Numbered from the stretch's first letter, positions 22,884-32,960 are shown. The stretch: DNA of 64,000 nt from Ruminococcus sp. (GCA_017542475.1 JAFXXD010000024.1:1097-65096); one strand, 5' to 3'. Numbers and translations are program-made. Notes: generated from the sequence alone by a model not told the origin.

Positions 22884-23001
22884 AGTCTGCCTCCCTGCCT
22901 TGATAATGCAAGTGTATTCGGCAGACGGCGGGATTATGCCTGTTGTGAAAAATCACCAAAAACAGCTGCGGTTCAGCCTTTGCGTTTTTGGGATTTGGCA
23001 A

Positions 23002-23030
23002 TTGCAAACGACGCATAATTGTGGTATAAT
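23002..23030 (+). promoter_or_regulatory. SigA promoter of secG
   Basis: TTGCAA-17 bp-TATAAT with an extended -10 TG. Confidence 0.75.
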
Positions 23031-23096
23031 GTTAAAGCTAATCGAAATATTCGGCAGATGCCGTTTTATACCAAGAATATTCGGAGGTCAACAAAT

Positions 23097-23354
23097 ATGG
23101 AAATATGGGAGATCATCGGCGGGGCAGTGCTCCTCGCTATCGCAGCTATCACGATCATTATCTGTCTCGCTCAGGAGCAGAAGTCGCAGGACAGCATGAC
23201 TGCCGCACTCACAGGTGCAAGCACCGATTCGTTCTACACCAAGAATGAGGGCAGATCGCGCGAGGCTATCCTCGCTAAGATAACAAGAGTGCTCGGAATA
23301 CTGATATTCATCATCACCCTCGCACTCAACATCGTGCCGATCTTCGTTAAATGA
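23097..23354 (+). CDS. secG: Preprotein translocase subunit SecG
   Basis: Two TMs with QEQKSQ..ALTGAS..F..K..LAKIT; GGAGG RBS; lies upstream of rnr. Confidence 0.9.
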   Translation: MEIWEIIGGAVLLAIAAITIIICLAQEQKSQDSMTAALTGASTDSFYTKNEGRSREAILAKITRVLGILIFIITLALNIVPIFVK

Positions 23355-23400
23355 TCATTCCGCCCTGTGACCCGCAGTCACGGGGCGATTTTATTATATT

Positions 23401-23534
23401 GAATTCAGAATGCGGAAATCGGAATTCGGAATTAGAGAGCTCAGATGTAGGGGCGCATTCCGTGCGCCCGTTCAATGCGTAATTGAATGTATCGCCTTCG
23501 GCGATGATTCTAAAACGGGATATCGTCCCCTACG
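23401..23534. repeat. Degenerate heptamers plus a REP pair
   Basis: gaattca gaatgcg gaaatcg gaattcg, then GTAGGGGCGCATTCCGTGCGCCCG, a gtatcgccttcggcgat hairpin and a degenerate inverted REP. Confidence 0.65.
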
Positions 23535-23542
23535 CATTGTTA

Positions 23543-23705
23543 CCCGCCGAAAGCAGACTGTGCCGTTTGTACAGAGTGAGCGAGCTTGCGAGCGGACTCG
23601 TAGTTAGGGGTTCGGGGAGTGCGCTCCCCGACGGATTGTCAAGGCAGAGCCTTGACCAGAGTCCAGAGACAGAGTCTCTGGCAGGGTGTGGGACGGAGTC
23701 CCACA
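23543..23705 (+). repeat. Head-plus-hairpin element, copy 2 (4 modules)
   Basis: Same 63-nt head, then hairpins tcggggag-tgcg-ctccccga, gtcaagg-cagag-ccttgac, ccagaga-cagag-tctctgg and tgtggga-cggag-tcccaca. Confidence 0.8.
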
Positions 23706-23732
23706 GGAAAAAGACAAAGACAAGGAGAAAAA

Positions 23733-25895
23733 ATGTCAGGAAAAACAAAGAAAAAAGCGCCTGAAAAAAAGGGCGCGGCGGTAAGCGTCGAGAGCTATAA
23801 GAACAAGATCGTCACCTTCCTGCGGCAGAATGACAAGAAAACTATGCCCGTGTCGCAGCTCGAGACCAAATGCCGCACCAAGAAGAATAACAGGGAAAAC
23901 TTCGTCACTGCGTTCGCGGAGCTCCGCGACGAGGGCGTTGTCACCGTCCGCAAGGGCGTGAAAGCCGCTCTCTGCGAGGACCTCAACCTCCACGTCGGCG
24001 AGGTGACGCGCCTCAGCCGCACCTTCGGCTTCGCTATGACCGACGACGGCGTCGAATACTTTATCCCGGGAAAGTGTATGCTCGGTGCTATGCCGCACGA
24101 CCGCGTGCTCATCGCCGATATCGCCTCGCGCACGGGAGAGCCTGAGGGCGAGGTCGTAGATATCCTCAGCTTCGGGAGCTCCACGCTCACGGGCAGGATA
24201 GTCCGCGAGGACGGCGAGCTCTACCTCGTGCCCGATATCGCTCAGCGCAACCATATGGTGATAGTCAGGGACGGCTCTGTCCCGTTCGCCGAGGGCGAAA
24301 AGGTGCTCGCGGAGATAGTCTTCCGCGGCAGACGCCATGCCGAGCATAAGGTGAAGATAGTCTCCGTTTTCGGCAGCAGCGAGCTCGCCGCGTCGTGCGC
24401 GCAGGCGATCCTCAGTACCCACGGCGCTCCCGAGGAGTTCCCCGCGGAGGCGCTCAGGGAGGCAAAGAAGATCTCGGAGGGCGGCGTGCAGGAGTTCAGC
24501 CTCAACAATCGTGAGGACCTGCGCGGACTGCCGATATTTACCATAGACAGCGCGGAATCGAAGGACCTCGACGACGCTGTGTCAGTCTCGCGGACGGAGA
24601 AGGGCTACCTGCTCGGAGTGCATATCGCCGACGTTTCGCACTATGTCAAGGCTAACAGCGAGCTCGACAAGGAGGCAATGCGCCGCGGTACAAGCATTTA
24701 CTATGCGGACAAGGTCATACCGATGCTCCCGAAGGAGCTCTCGAACGGCATATGCTCGCTCAATCCCGACGAGGACAGGCTCGCGCTGACCGCCTTCACA
24801 GAGCTCGACAAGGAGGGAAATATCCTCGGCTACCGCTTCTGCAAGAGCGTTATCCGCTCGCGCGTAAAGGGCGTATATTCGGAGATTAACGCCATTCTCG
24901 CGGGGACTGCCGACAGCTCCCTCGCCGAGAAATACAGTGCCGTTGCGGAGGAGCTCCCGCTGATGAACGAGCTCGCGGATATCCTCATCGCGAAGAAGCA
25001 GAGGAGGCACGCTCCCGAGCTCGAAACGACCGAGAGCAAGCTCATCATCGGCGAGGACGGCGTCTGCTGCGATGTCCAGCCGCGGGAGAGGGGCAAGTCC
25101 GAGCGAATTATCGAGGAATTTATGCTTACGGCGAACGAGTCCGCAGCGAAGCTCGCAAAGGAAAAGCACGTGCCGTTCGTGTACCGCGTGCACGAGACTC
25201 CGCCCGAGGAGAAGACTGCCGCGCTCTGCGAGGCGCTGACGAAGGCGGGGATAGAGTACCCGCATTTTCAGGAGTTCAAGCCCGCTCATGCCGCCGCTAT
25301 CCTTGATAACGTGCGGGGCACGGACAAGTTTGAAGCCGTCAATATGATGGTGCTCCGCTCGATGGCAAAGGCTAAGTATTCCGAGGAGCCGCTCGGTCAC
25401 TTCGGGCTCGTGCTCGACGACTATGCGCACTTCACCTCGCCGATACGCCGCTATCCCGACCTCGCGATACACCGCATTATCACGGACATACTCGCGGGCT
25501 ACAACGAGGAGTGGCTCAGCAAGCGCTACAGCGGCTTTGCAGTCAAGGCGGCTGATACAGCCACGAGCGCCGAGCTCCGTGCCGTTGCGATAGAGCGCGA
25601 GTGCGAGGACTGCTACAAGGCGGAATATATGAAGCAGCACATCGGCGAGAGCTTTACCGCGAAGATATCGGGCGTGACGGAATTCGGCTTCTATGCCGAG
25701 CTGCCGAACACGGTCGAGGGTCTTGTACATATACGTACCCTGCCCGAGGGCGAGTACGACTACACCGAGCCCGTCGCGCTCACCGAGAAGTTCAGCGGCG
25801 TGTCCTACAGGCTTGGCGACACGGTACAGGTGATATGCGCCGCTGTCAATGTCAGCGACGGCACGATAGACTTCAATCTCGACGACGAGGAATAG
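23733..25895 (+). CDS. rnr: Ribonuclease R
   Basis: FTIDSAESKDLDDA, VHIADVS, LSNGICSL.P, Y.HFTSPIRRYPDL and a C-terminal S1 domain; AAGGAG RBS. Confidence 0.96.
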   Translation: MSGKTKKKAPEKKGAAVSVESYKNKIVTFLRQNDKKTMPVSQLETKCRTKKNNRENFVTAFAELRDEGVVTVRKGVKAALCEDLNLHVGEVTRLSRTFGFAMTDDGVEYFIPGKCMLGAMPHDRVLIADIASRTGEPEGEVVDILSFGSSTLTGRIVREDGELYLVPDIAQRNHMVIVRDGSVPFAEGEKVLAEIVFRGRRHAEHKVKIVSVFGSSELAASCAQAILSTHGAPEEFPAEALREAKKISEGGVQEFSLNNREDLRGLPIFTIDSAESKDLDDAVSVSRTEKGYLLGVHIADVSHYVKANSELDKEAMRRGTSIYYADKVIPMLPKELSNGICSLNPDEDRLALTAFTELDKEGNILGYRFCKSVIRSRVKGVYSEINAILAGTADSSLAEKYSAVAEELPLMNELADILIAKKQRRHAPELETTESKLIIGEDGVCCDVQPRERGKSERIIEEFMLTANESAAKLAKEKHVPFVYRVHETPPEEKTAALCEALTKAGIEYPHFQEFKPAHAAAILDNVRGTDKFEAVNMMVLRSMAKAKYSEEPLGHFGLVLDDYAHFTSPIRRYPDLAIHRIITDILAGYNEEWLSKRYSGFAVKAADTATSAELRAVAIERECEDCYKAEYMKQHIGESFTAKISGVTEFGFYAELPNTVEGLVHIRTLPEGEYDYTEPVALTEKFSGVSYRLGDTVQVICAAVNVSDGTIDFNLDDEE

Positions 25896-25909
25896 AAAGG
25901 ATCACCGCT

Positions 25910-27181
25910 ATGAAGAAGTTCATTCTAACAGCAGTCGCGGCGGCTATGCTCTGCGGGCTGTGCTCGTGCGGACAGGATGCGGCGTCCGAGAGTACGGAGC
26001 AGACTTCGGCTGCGACAACGACAGAGGCTGAGGTCACAACGGAAGCCGTCCCGACGAATGAGGAGCTCATCGCGGCTGCGAAAAAGCTCTTCGCAGTGTA
26101 CAGCGATTACATTGATATGCAATGCGGAAAGCTTCTGACCGATGAGGATTCGGTCATCACAGTAGATACGGAGTTCGGAGAGCTGGAATTTGAGCGTGTG
26201 TTGAGGTATGATTCCGTCGAAGATCTCAGGGCGCATTTCAGGGAGTATTTCACCGAGAATGTGTTTGAGGATATCGACCTGCTTGATGAAGAAGACAGGT
26301 ATGAGTCGCTGCTGTTCCATGAGCAGGACGGAAAGCTTTATTATCACAGTTCACGCGACGAAAGCTGGTACGGCGACGGTTTTTTTGACGGATATACTAT
26401 ACTGAGTGCAGACGAAAGCCACTTCACATTCAGACGTCTGGGAGAATTCAGCAGTCAGTGCGCGGACGTGTCGTGCGTGAAGGAAGACGGAAAATGGAAG
26501 ATAGACCACGTCGAGGAGGCTGACATTGACGAGGAGGACTATGAAGCTCCCACAAGAAGCGATTTTGAAGAATTTTTTGACGATATCCCTGACGACGCTG
26601 ACCTCACCGCTATGCACATTGATTACGACAACGCCAATGTCGTGTTCGATAAGCCCGTAGATGAGCTGTCCGATGTCACGCTTATGACGGCGGCGAAGCC
26701 TCTTCATTATATCGCCTGCGGCGTTGGCTATGCTATAGACGCAGGGTGGTACCCGTGGGTGGCATATATGGACTATGATACCAGACTTCCCGAATCGGAA
26801 TATAATGTCTCCGATTATCCGAAGTCGATATATGAGGACGACCCGCCCGGCTTCTACCTTATCACGAACGTAAACACAAAGGAAGAAGCCATTGCCGAGT
26901 ATTACAAGACGTTCAGCGATAAATACCCGTATCCCGAAAAGCTTGACAGGCTGATGAAGGAATATGACGGCAGGCTCTACGGCAAGAACGGCGGCATTGA
27001 AAGATCCGAGGCTGAGGGCTACGAGGGCTCAGAAATGATCAGCTTCGACGGCAGGGACGGCGACGAGTTCCGCTTTACCGTCCGCGACCACTACGACGGT
27101 CACGACGAAGACCGCGAGTTCACGGCAGTTATGGGCGATGACGGCGTATGGCGCATCGGCAAATATACCCTTCCGTACTAA
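25910..27181 (+). CDS. Lipoprotein paralog 1 (two copies of the family domain)
   Basis: Lipobox LCGLCSC, T/E-rich linker; the C-terminal domain aligns with the next two genes; start reassigned to MKKFILT. Confidence 0.85.
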   Translation: MKKFILTAVAAAMLCGLCSCGQDAASESTEQTSAATTTEAEVTTEAVPTNEELIAAAKKLFAVYSDYIDMQCGKLLTDEDSVITVDTEFGELEFERVLRYDSVEDLRAHFREYFTENVFEDIDLLDEEDRYESLLFHEQDGKLYYHSSRDESWYGDGFFDGYTILSADESHFTFRRLGEFSSQCADVSCVKEDGKWKIDHVEEADIDEEDYEAPTRSDFEEFFDDIPDDADLTAMHIDYDNANVVFDKPVDELSDVTLMTAAKPLHYIACGVGYAIDAGWYPWVAYMDYDTRLPESEYNVSDYPKSIYEDDPPGFYLITNVNTKEEAIAEYYKTFSDKYPYPEKLDRLMKEYDGRLYGKNGGIERSEAEGYEGSEMISFDGRDGDEFRFTVRDHYDGHDEDREFTAVMGDDGVWRIGKYTLPY

Positions 27182-27214
27182 GCATACAAATCAACACAGG
27201 AAAGGACGATAAAT

Positions 27215-28030
27215 ATGAAAAAGTACATTCTCACTGTAATCGCGGCGGCTATGCTCTGCGGGCTCTGCTCGTGCGGAGACAAGGTGACGTCCGAGAGCGC
27301 GGGTCAGAAGCCCACCGAGTCTTCGACCGAAGCCGCTCTTACCACGGAAGCCGCTACAGACGCGGAGGTGGTATCGACTGCGGAGGCTACTACCGAGGCT
27401 GCCACAACTACGGCTGTTCAGCCCGCGTCTGCTCCCGAGGGCGCTGACCTCACCGCCTTCCACACCGACGAGTACGGCGCTGTCGTATTCGATAAGCCCG
27501 TCGAGGAGCAGAGCGAAGCCACGCTCAAAGCGGCGGCAAAGACTCTGTGGGCAAACGCGGCAAGGATAGCTTGGGCGTGCAGACTGTATGAGACTACATT
27601 GGACGACGGCTGCACGCTGCCCGACGACGTGGACAGCGAGCGCTTCATAGAGGCAAACGATTCGATATACGCATTGGTGAAGGACGAAAATGTAAAGTCC
27701 ATTGATGACGTGATAGCAGGCTATCACAGGCTGTTCAGCGACAAGTACCCATACGATTCCCGCCTTGACGACGAATTCTATTATACCGAATATAACGGAA
27801 GAATGTATTTTTCCGTGTATGCGGGACAGCGCGGCTCCAACATCGACTACGACGATTCGGAGATAGCAAGCTACGACGGCAGAGACGGAAACGAGATGCA
27901 TTTCACCGTTCACGATAACTACGACGCAACGCAGCTCGGCGGCGAGGCTTACACAAAAAACAACGAATTCACTATGGTTCTCGGCGACGACGGCGTATGG
28001 CGCGTAGGCAAATACACTCTTCCCTACTAA
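27215..28030 (+). CDS. Lipoprotein paralog 2
   Basis: Lipobox LCGLCSC; GAAAGGA RBS; ends GVWRVGKYTLPY. Confidence 0.88.
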   Translation: MKKYILTVIAAAMLCGLCSCGDKVTSESAGQKPTESSTEAALTTEAATDAEVVSTAEATTEAATTTAVQPASAPEGADLTAFHTDEYGAVVFDKPVEEQSEATLKAAAKTLWANAARIAWACRLYETTLDDGCTLPDDVDSERFIEANDSIYALVKDENVKSIDDVIAGYHRLFSDKYPYDSRLDDEFYYTEYNGRMYFSVYAGQRGSNIDYDDSEIASYDGRDGNEMHFTVHDNYDATQLGGEAYTKNNEFTMVLGDDGVWRVGKYTLPY

Positions 28031-28063
28031 GCATATATTTCAACACAAGAAAGGTGATACACA

Positions 28064-28837
28064 ATGAAAAAGTACATTTTAACTGCTATTTCAGCGGCTA
28101 TGCTCTGCGGGCTCTGCTCCTGCGGAGACAAGGTGACGTCGGAGAGCGCGGGTCAGAAGCCCACCGAGTCTTCGACCGAAGCCGCTCTCACCACGGAAGC
28201 CGCTACAGACGCGGAGGCAGTATCGACTGCGGAGGCTACTACCGAGGCTGCCACAACTACGGCTGTTCAGCCCGCGTCTGCTCCCGAGGGCGCTGATCTC
28301 GGCGTCTTCCACAACAACGGAAGCGGAGCTATCGTGTTTGACGCTCCCGCGGGCGACCAGTCCGAGGCGACGCTGATAGCGGCAGCTCAGGCTCTGTATG
28401 AGTCCGCCCACGCGACGAGCCTCAGCTTCTCTATCGGCTGTCCCTATTCCGTTGACACCGATACCTACGTGGAGGGCAGCTACGGCTGGCAGTATTACCT
28501 CGTAACACAGAGCGGTATCAACTCCGTTGCCGACGTCAAGGCTGACTACCACCGCGTGTTCAGCGATAAATACCCCGACTCTCTCGACCTGACCTACGTC
28601 GACAATGACGGCAGGGTGTACTGCCTGTGCGGCGAGCGCGGAACTAACATCGAATATATCAAGTCCGAGGTGATAAGCCTCGACGGCAAGACCGACGATG
28701 AGCTGTATTTCACCGTCCGCGACTACTACGACGCTTCGGCGTGGGGCGACGGTCCCTACACCGAGGACAGGACATTTTCGGCGGTCATCGACGCAGACGG
28801 CACATGGCGCGCTGGTGCATTTACACTTCCCGACTGA
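28064..28837 (+). CDS. Lipoprotein paralog 3
   Basis: N-terminal about 75 aa nearly identical to paralog 2; terminator at 28843-28871. Confidence 0.88.
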   Translation: MKKYILTAISAAMLCGLCSCGDKVTSESAGQKPTESSTEAALTTEAATDAEAVSTAEATTEAATTTAVQPASAPEGADLGVFHNNGSGAIVFDAPAGDQSEATLIAAAQALYESAHATSLSFSIGCPYSVDTDTYVEGSYGWQYYLVTQSGINSVADVKADYHRVFSDKYPDSLDLTYVDNDGRVYCLCGERGTNIEYIKSEVISLDGKTDDELYFTVRDYYDASAWGDGPYTEDRTFSAVIDADGTWRAGAFTLPD

Positions 28838-28909
28838 TATGATAAGGGCTGCCTTTGGCAGTCCTTTTTTTGCGGGTTTCGGCGGACGGCGATGTTTTTG
28901 TAATTGCTA

Positions 28910-29046
28910 CCCGCCGAAAGCAGACTGCGCCGTTTGTACAGAGTGAGCGAGCTTGCGAGCGGGCTCGTAGTTAGGGGTCAGGGGAACGTGTTCCCCTGCA
29001 GGGTCTGGGGCGGCGCCCCAGCGGATTGTCAAGGCAGAGCCTTGAC
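28910..29046 (+). repeat. Head-plus-hairpin element, copy 3 (3 modules)
   Basis: Same 63-nt head, then caggggaa-cgtg-ttcccctg, ctgggg-cggcg-ccccag and gtcaagg-cagag-ccttgac. Confidence 0.8.
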
Positions 29047-29116
29047 CAGCATTCCACTAAAGAAGAGTTCTTATATTCTCCATTTTCTCATAGAATAGAG
29101 GGAATGGAGTGATACT

Positions 29117-31156
29117 ATGGAAGAAAAAGGAGTGCTCGTCGCGCTGGCGGGGAATCCGAATGTCGGGAAATCCACCGTCTTCAACGCGCTGACGGGCTCG
29201 AAGCAGCACACTGGCAACTGGGCGGGCAAGACCGTCGGCTGCGCGGAGGGCAGCTGCACCTTCGAGGGGCGGAGGTACACACTCGCCGATATCCCGGGGA
29301 CGTACTCGCTGAGGGCAGGCTCTGCCGAGGAGACGACTGCCCGCGACTTCATCTGCTTCGGCGGTGCGGAGGCGGCGGTGGTGGTCTGCGACGCGTCGTG
29401 TCTTGAGCGCAACCTCAACCTCGCATTGCAGGTGATGTCCGTTATCCCGCGGACTGTCGTGTGCGTCAACCTCATCGACGAAGCCGCGGGCAAAGGTATC
29501 ACCGTCGATACCGCGAAGCTCGCCGAGCGGCTGGGAGTTCCCGTCGTGGCGGCGGCGGCTCGGAGCGGCATCGGGCTCGCGGAGCTGAAAGAGGCTTTGA
29601 AACAGGTCACGGAAGCCGAGATACCGCCCTCTCCCGTGCGTGTGGCTCTGCCCCCTGAGATAGAGTCCGCGGCGGCAGAGCTGGCGGGACTTATGGGCAC
29701 GGATATGGGGAAAGCGGCGGCTCTGCGCCTTATGGAGGGCGACACTGGCTTTATTTCCGAAGCCGAAAAGCACGGCGCTATCAGCATACAGGACGGCGAC
29801 AGGCTCGCGGAGATAATGGCTCGGCTGGAGGCTGCGGGCTACAGCGGCGAGCACATCGCGGATACGGTCATTGCGGCGTGTTCGCAGCTTGCTGCCGATA
29901 TTGCCGCGGAGGTGGTGACGTCTTCCTCCGCCGAGCCCTACAGGCGCGACCGCTTCCTCGACCGCATTTTCCTCAGCCGCACTACGGGCATACCCGTTAT
30001 GCTCGCGCTGTTTCTGCTGATAATGTGGCTGACCGTCGCGGGCGCGAACTACCCGTCGGAGCTTTTGTCCGCGCTCTTCGGCAGGGGCGGTGACTTTATC
30101 AGCGCAGGTATGCACAGGGCGGGAGCTCCCGCGTGGCTGGAGGGCGTGCTCGTGGACGGCATATACCGCACTCTCGCGTGGGTGGTGTCGGTGATGCTGC
30201 CGCCGATGGCGATATTCTTCCCGCTGTTCACGCTTATGGAGGATATGGGCTATCTGCCGCGTATCGCCTTCAACCTCGACGGCTGCTTCAGGTGCGCGGG
30301 AGCGTGCGGCAAGCAGGCGATAACGATGTCTATGGGGCTTGGCTGCAATGCGTGCGGAGTTACGGGCTGCCGTATCATAGACTCGCCGCGGGAGCGCCTC
30401 ATCGCCGTCATCACGAACAGCTTTGTCCCGTGCAACGGCAGATTCCCGACCATTATCGCCGTTATCACGATGTTCATAGCCGCCTCGCCCGTATTGCAGG
30501 GCAGTGTGCTCGGAGCGGTGCTGCTGCTCGGTGCGGCTATGACCCTGCTGATGTCGAAGCTCCTCTCCGCGACGGTTCTCCGCGGTGCGCCGTCGTCCTA
30601 CACGCTGGAGCTCCCGCCGTACCGCCGCCCGCAGGTCGGGAAGGTGCTCGTGCGCTCGCTGCTTGACCGCACTGTGTTCGTCCTCGGCAGAGCGTGCACA
30701 GCCGCCGCTCCGTGCGGACTGCTGATATGGCTGATGGCAAACGTCCGCATATCGGGTGAAACTCTGCTCGCCCTCGTCTCGGGAGCTCTCGACCCCGTCG
30801 GCAGACTTATGGGACTTGACGGGGTGATACTGCTCGCGTTCGTGCTCGGCTTCCCTGCGAATGAGATAGTCGTGCCGATAATCCTTATGGCGTACCTCGC
30901 GAACGGCAGCCTCGTCGATATCAGCGATACCGCGGAGCTCCGCGGTCTGCTCGCCGAGAACGGCTGGACGCTCAAGACTGCCGTCTGTATGCTGATATTC
31001 ACGCTGTTCCACTTCCCGTGCGCGACCACCTGTATGACGATACGGAAGGAGACGGGCAGTCTGCGGTGGACGGCTCTGAGCTTCGCGCTGCCGACTGCGG
31101 TCGGAGCGGCGCTGTGCATTGCCGTGAATCTGCTGTTTTCGGTGCTTGGCTATTGA
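29117..31156 (+). CDS. feoB: Ferrous iron transport protein B
   Basis: GNPNVGKS, GNWAGKT, DIPG, LERNL, EDMGYLPR, GLGCNA, FVPCNGR, ELPPYR, HFPC. Confidence 0.96.
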   Translation: MEEKGVLVALAGNPNVGKSTVFNALTGSKQHTGNWAGKTVGCAEGSCTFEGRRYTLADIPGTYSLRAGSAEETTARDFICFGGAEAAVVVCDASCLERNLNLALQVMSVIPRTVVCVNLIDEAAGKGITVDTAKLAERLGVPVVAAAARSGIGLAELKEALKQVTEAEIPPSPVRVALPPEIESAAAELAGLMGTDMGKAAALRLMEGDTGFISEAEKHGAISIQDGDRLAEIMARLEAAGYSGEHIADTVIAACSQLAADIAAEVVTSSSAEPYRRDRFLDRIFLSRTTGIPVMLALFLLIMWLTVAGANYPSELLSALFGRGGDFISAGMHRAGAPAWLEGVLVDGIYRTLAWVVSVMLPPMAIFFPLFTLMEDMGYLPRIAFNLDGCFRCAGACGKQAITMSMGLGCNACGVTGCRIIDSPRERLIAVITNSFVPCNGRFPTIIAVITMFIAASPVLQGSVLGAVLLLGAAMTLLMSKLLSATVLRGAPSSYTLELPPYRRPQVGKVLVRSLLDRTVFVLGRACTAAAPCGLLIWLMANVRISGETLLALVSGALDPVGRLMGLDGVILLAFVLGFPANEIVVPIILMAYLANGSLVDISDTAELRGLLAENGWTLKTAVCMLIFTLFHFPCATTCMTIRKETGSLRWTALSFALPTAVGAALCIAVNLLFSVLGY

Positions 31157-31226
31157 CAAAAGCGGAAATATGTGCTATAGTTTTAGGGCAGAAATGTAAA
31201 TCTTTAAAAATAAGGGGTTATATGAA

Positions 31227-32033
31227 ATGAAGAAAAACGCTTTAATAGCGGCTGTACTCGTGCTTTCTGCCGCTTTGACAACTGCCTGCGGAAGCTCCGA
31301 GCTCAACGACGAAAAGCTCAGCAAGCCCGAGCCTCCCGTGCTCTACACTCAGCCCGAGACCGCGGCAACAACAGAGCCTACCGAGCCCACCACAGAGAAC
31401 AAGAACAAGTCGCTCGAGGAGAGGGTAGTTGACAAGCTCAGCCCTGTGACATGGAAGTATGACAAATCCGAGATAAAGACGCAGATAGTCGGAAATGACG
31501 AGTTCGGCTACATCGAGATACCCGAGGACTGGTTCCTCGACGAGGACGTTGCGGCTCTCACGGACGATATCCTTACCTACGAGAACGATATGTATATCCT
31601 CAACGGCGACTACGCTATGGACTCGATGATAATGGATAAGTGCGACGCCGATTTTGCACATTCCGAGGTCGAGAGCATTCTCCGCGAGGCTGAGTCCGAC
31701 CAGCGCGTGACAGAGGTCGCTTACGAGTATCCCGAGGTTGACGGCAGAGAGGCTGTATTCATCGAATTCAAGTACAACGATATCAACAAGCTGAGATACA
31801 CCCTGCTCATCGGCAATGAGGAGCAGACCGAGATGCACATCATCACCTATGAGTCGAGCAACCCGAATATAGTTGACCTGCTCAGGACCTACACGAGGAA
31901 GGCTCCCGAGGGGATGTCCACGGATACGACATCTACAGGCGATTCCACCGAAACGACCGACGCAACGGGTACGGAGACGGGCTCCGAGACGGACACAACC
32001 ACCACAGCAACCACTACAACAGCTGCTGAATGA
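31227..32033 (+). CDS. Lipoprotein of unknown function
   Basis: Lipobox LTTAC; P/T-rich linker and Thr-rich tail; promoter TTGACA-17-TATAGT at 31153-31181; terminator at 32038-32070. Confidence 0.85.
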   Translation: MKKNALIAAVLVLSAALTTACGSSELNDEKLSKPEPPVLYTQPETAATTEPTEPTTENKNKSLEERVVDKLSPVTWKYDKSEIKTQIVGNDEFGYIEIPEDWFLDEDVAALTDDILTYENDMYILNGDYAMDSMIMDKCDADFAHSEVESILREAESDQRVTEVAYEYPEVDGREAVFIEFKYNDINKLRYTLLIGNEEQTEMHIITYESSNPNIVDLLRTYTRKAPEGMSTDTTSTGDSTETTDATGTETGSETDTTTTATTTTAAE

Positions 32034-32090
32034 GAACAAAACGGCTCTGCATTTTGCAGAGCCGTTTTTTACATATTCACATTTTCAGAA

Positions 32091-32172
32091 TGGCGGGCTG
32101 ATGTGGGCATCAGCCCCTACATCTTACGTGGTCGCAATCGTTGTGTAGGGGGCGATGCCCTCATCGCCCCGT
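32091..32172. repeat. 2 REP palindromes
   Basis: Reverse complement GTAGGGGCTGATGCCCACATCAGCCCGCC, and GTAGGGGGCGATGCCCTCATCGCCCCG. Confidence 0.85.
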
Positions 32173-32183
32173 CCACTTTTACA

Positions 32184-32960
32184 TTATTCGGCAATGCCCG
32201 AGATTGTGAAGTTGACCTCGACCGTTGTCCAGCCGTCGGCAAAGTCGTCGGGATTTACCGACTGCGGCGAGTAGTCGCCGATGAAGCCTGCGGGAGAAGC
32301 CTCGTCGCCCTCGCCCTCGTAGAGCTTGCCGTCAGCCGAGCGTGCGTCCTTGGGGATATTGTCCTTGGATACCCACTGGTTGTAGAGGTTAGCTCTTGTC
32401 TCCTGTCCGTCGTCGGAGGAGGTGTAGGGCTTGCCGTCGAGCGTGAGCTCCCTGCCGTCAACTGTTACGGAATTGACCGTGATGACAGCTCCGGGGAATT
32501 TGCTCTCGCCGTCCTTTATTATAACAGCCATAAACTGCAAGCCGCTGGGGGTGTACTGGTCGTCGGGCGAGCCCGTGGTGTCGTAGCGGAAGCCGACCGT
32601 GTCAGCCGTGACGCTTACTGTGTAGTCACCGTTGCCTGTGATAGTGGGTATGCCTGCATTGTATGCCATAAAGTTCTGAGTCGGGTCGTCGCCGCCCCAG
32701 TTCTGTATCCACCACTGACCGTCAACGATAGCGAGATAGGCGTCGCCCGACTGAGCAACGGACTTATCCTCGAAGTCGATGTCCTCGGCGCTGATAGCGG
32801 AGGGAGCCTCAACTGCCTCACCCGCAGTCGTTGCCTCGGTGGTCGCCTCGGTCGTGGGCTGGGTGGTAGCCTCCTCCTTGGAGCCTTCCTTGTCTCCGCA
32901 GGAAGCGAGAGCTCCGCAGACCATAGCCGAGAGAAGCATACAAGCGATAAACTTCTTCAT
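32184..32960 (-). CDS. Lipoprotein with a putative non-catalytic carbohydrate-binding-like module
   Basis: Lipobox ALASC, T/E linker, aromatic-rich beta domain (QWWIQNWG, TITGNGDYTVSV, YTSSDDG.ETRANLYNQW); the function is a guess. Confidence 0.8.
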   Translation of the reverse strand: MKKFIACMLLSAMVCGALASCGDKEGSKEEATTQPTTEATTEATTAGEAVEAPSAISAEDIDFEDKSVAQSGDAYLAIVDGQWWIQNWGGDDPTQNFMAYNAGIPTITGNGDYTVSVTADTVGFRYDTTGSPDDQYTPSGLQFMAVIIKDGESKFPGAVITVNSVTVDGRELTLDGKPYTSSDDGQETRANLYNQWVSKDNIPKDARSADGKLYEGEGDEASPAGFIGDYSPQSVNPDDFADGWTTVEVNFTISGIAE

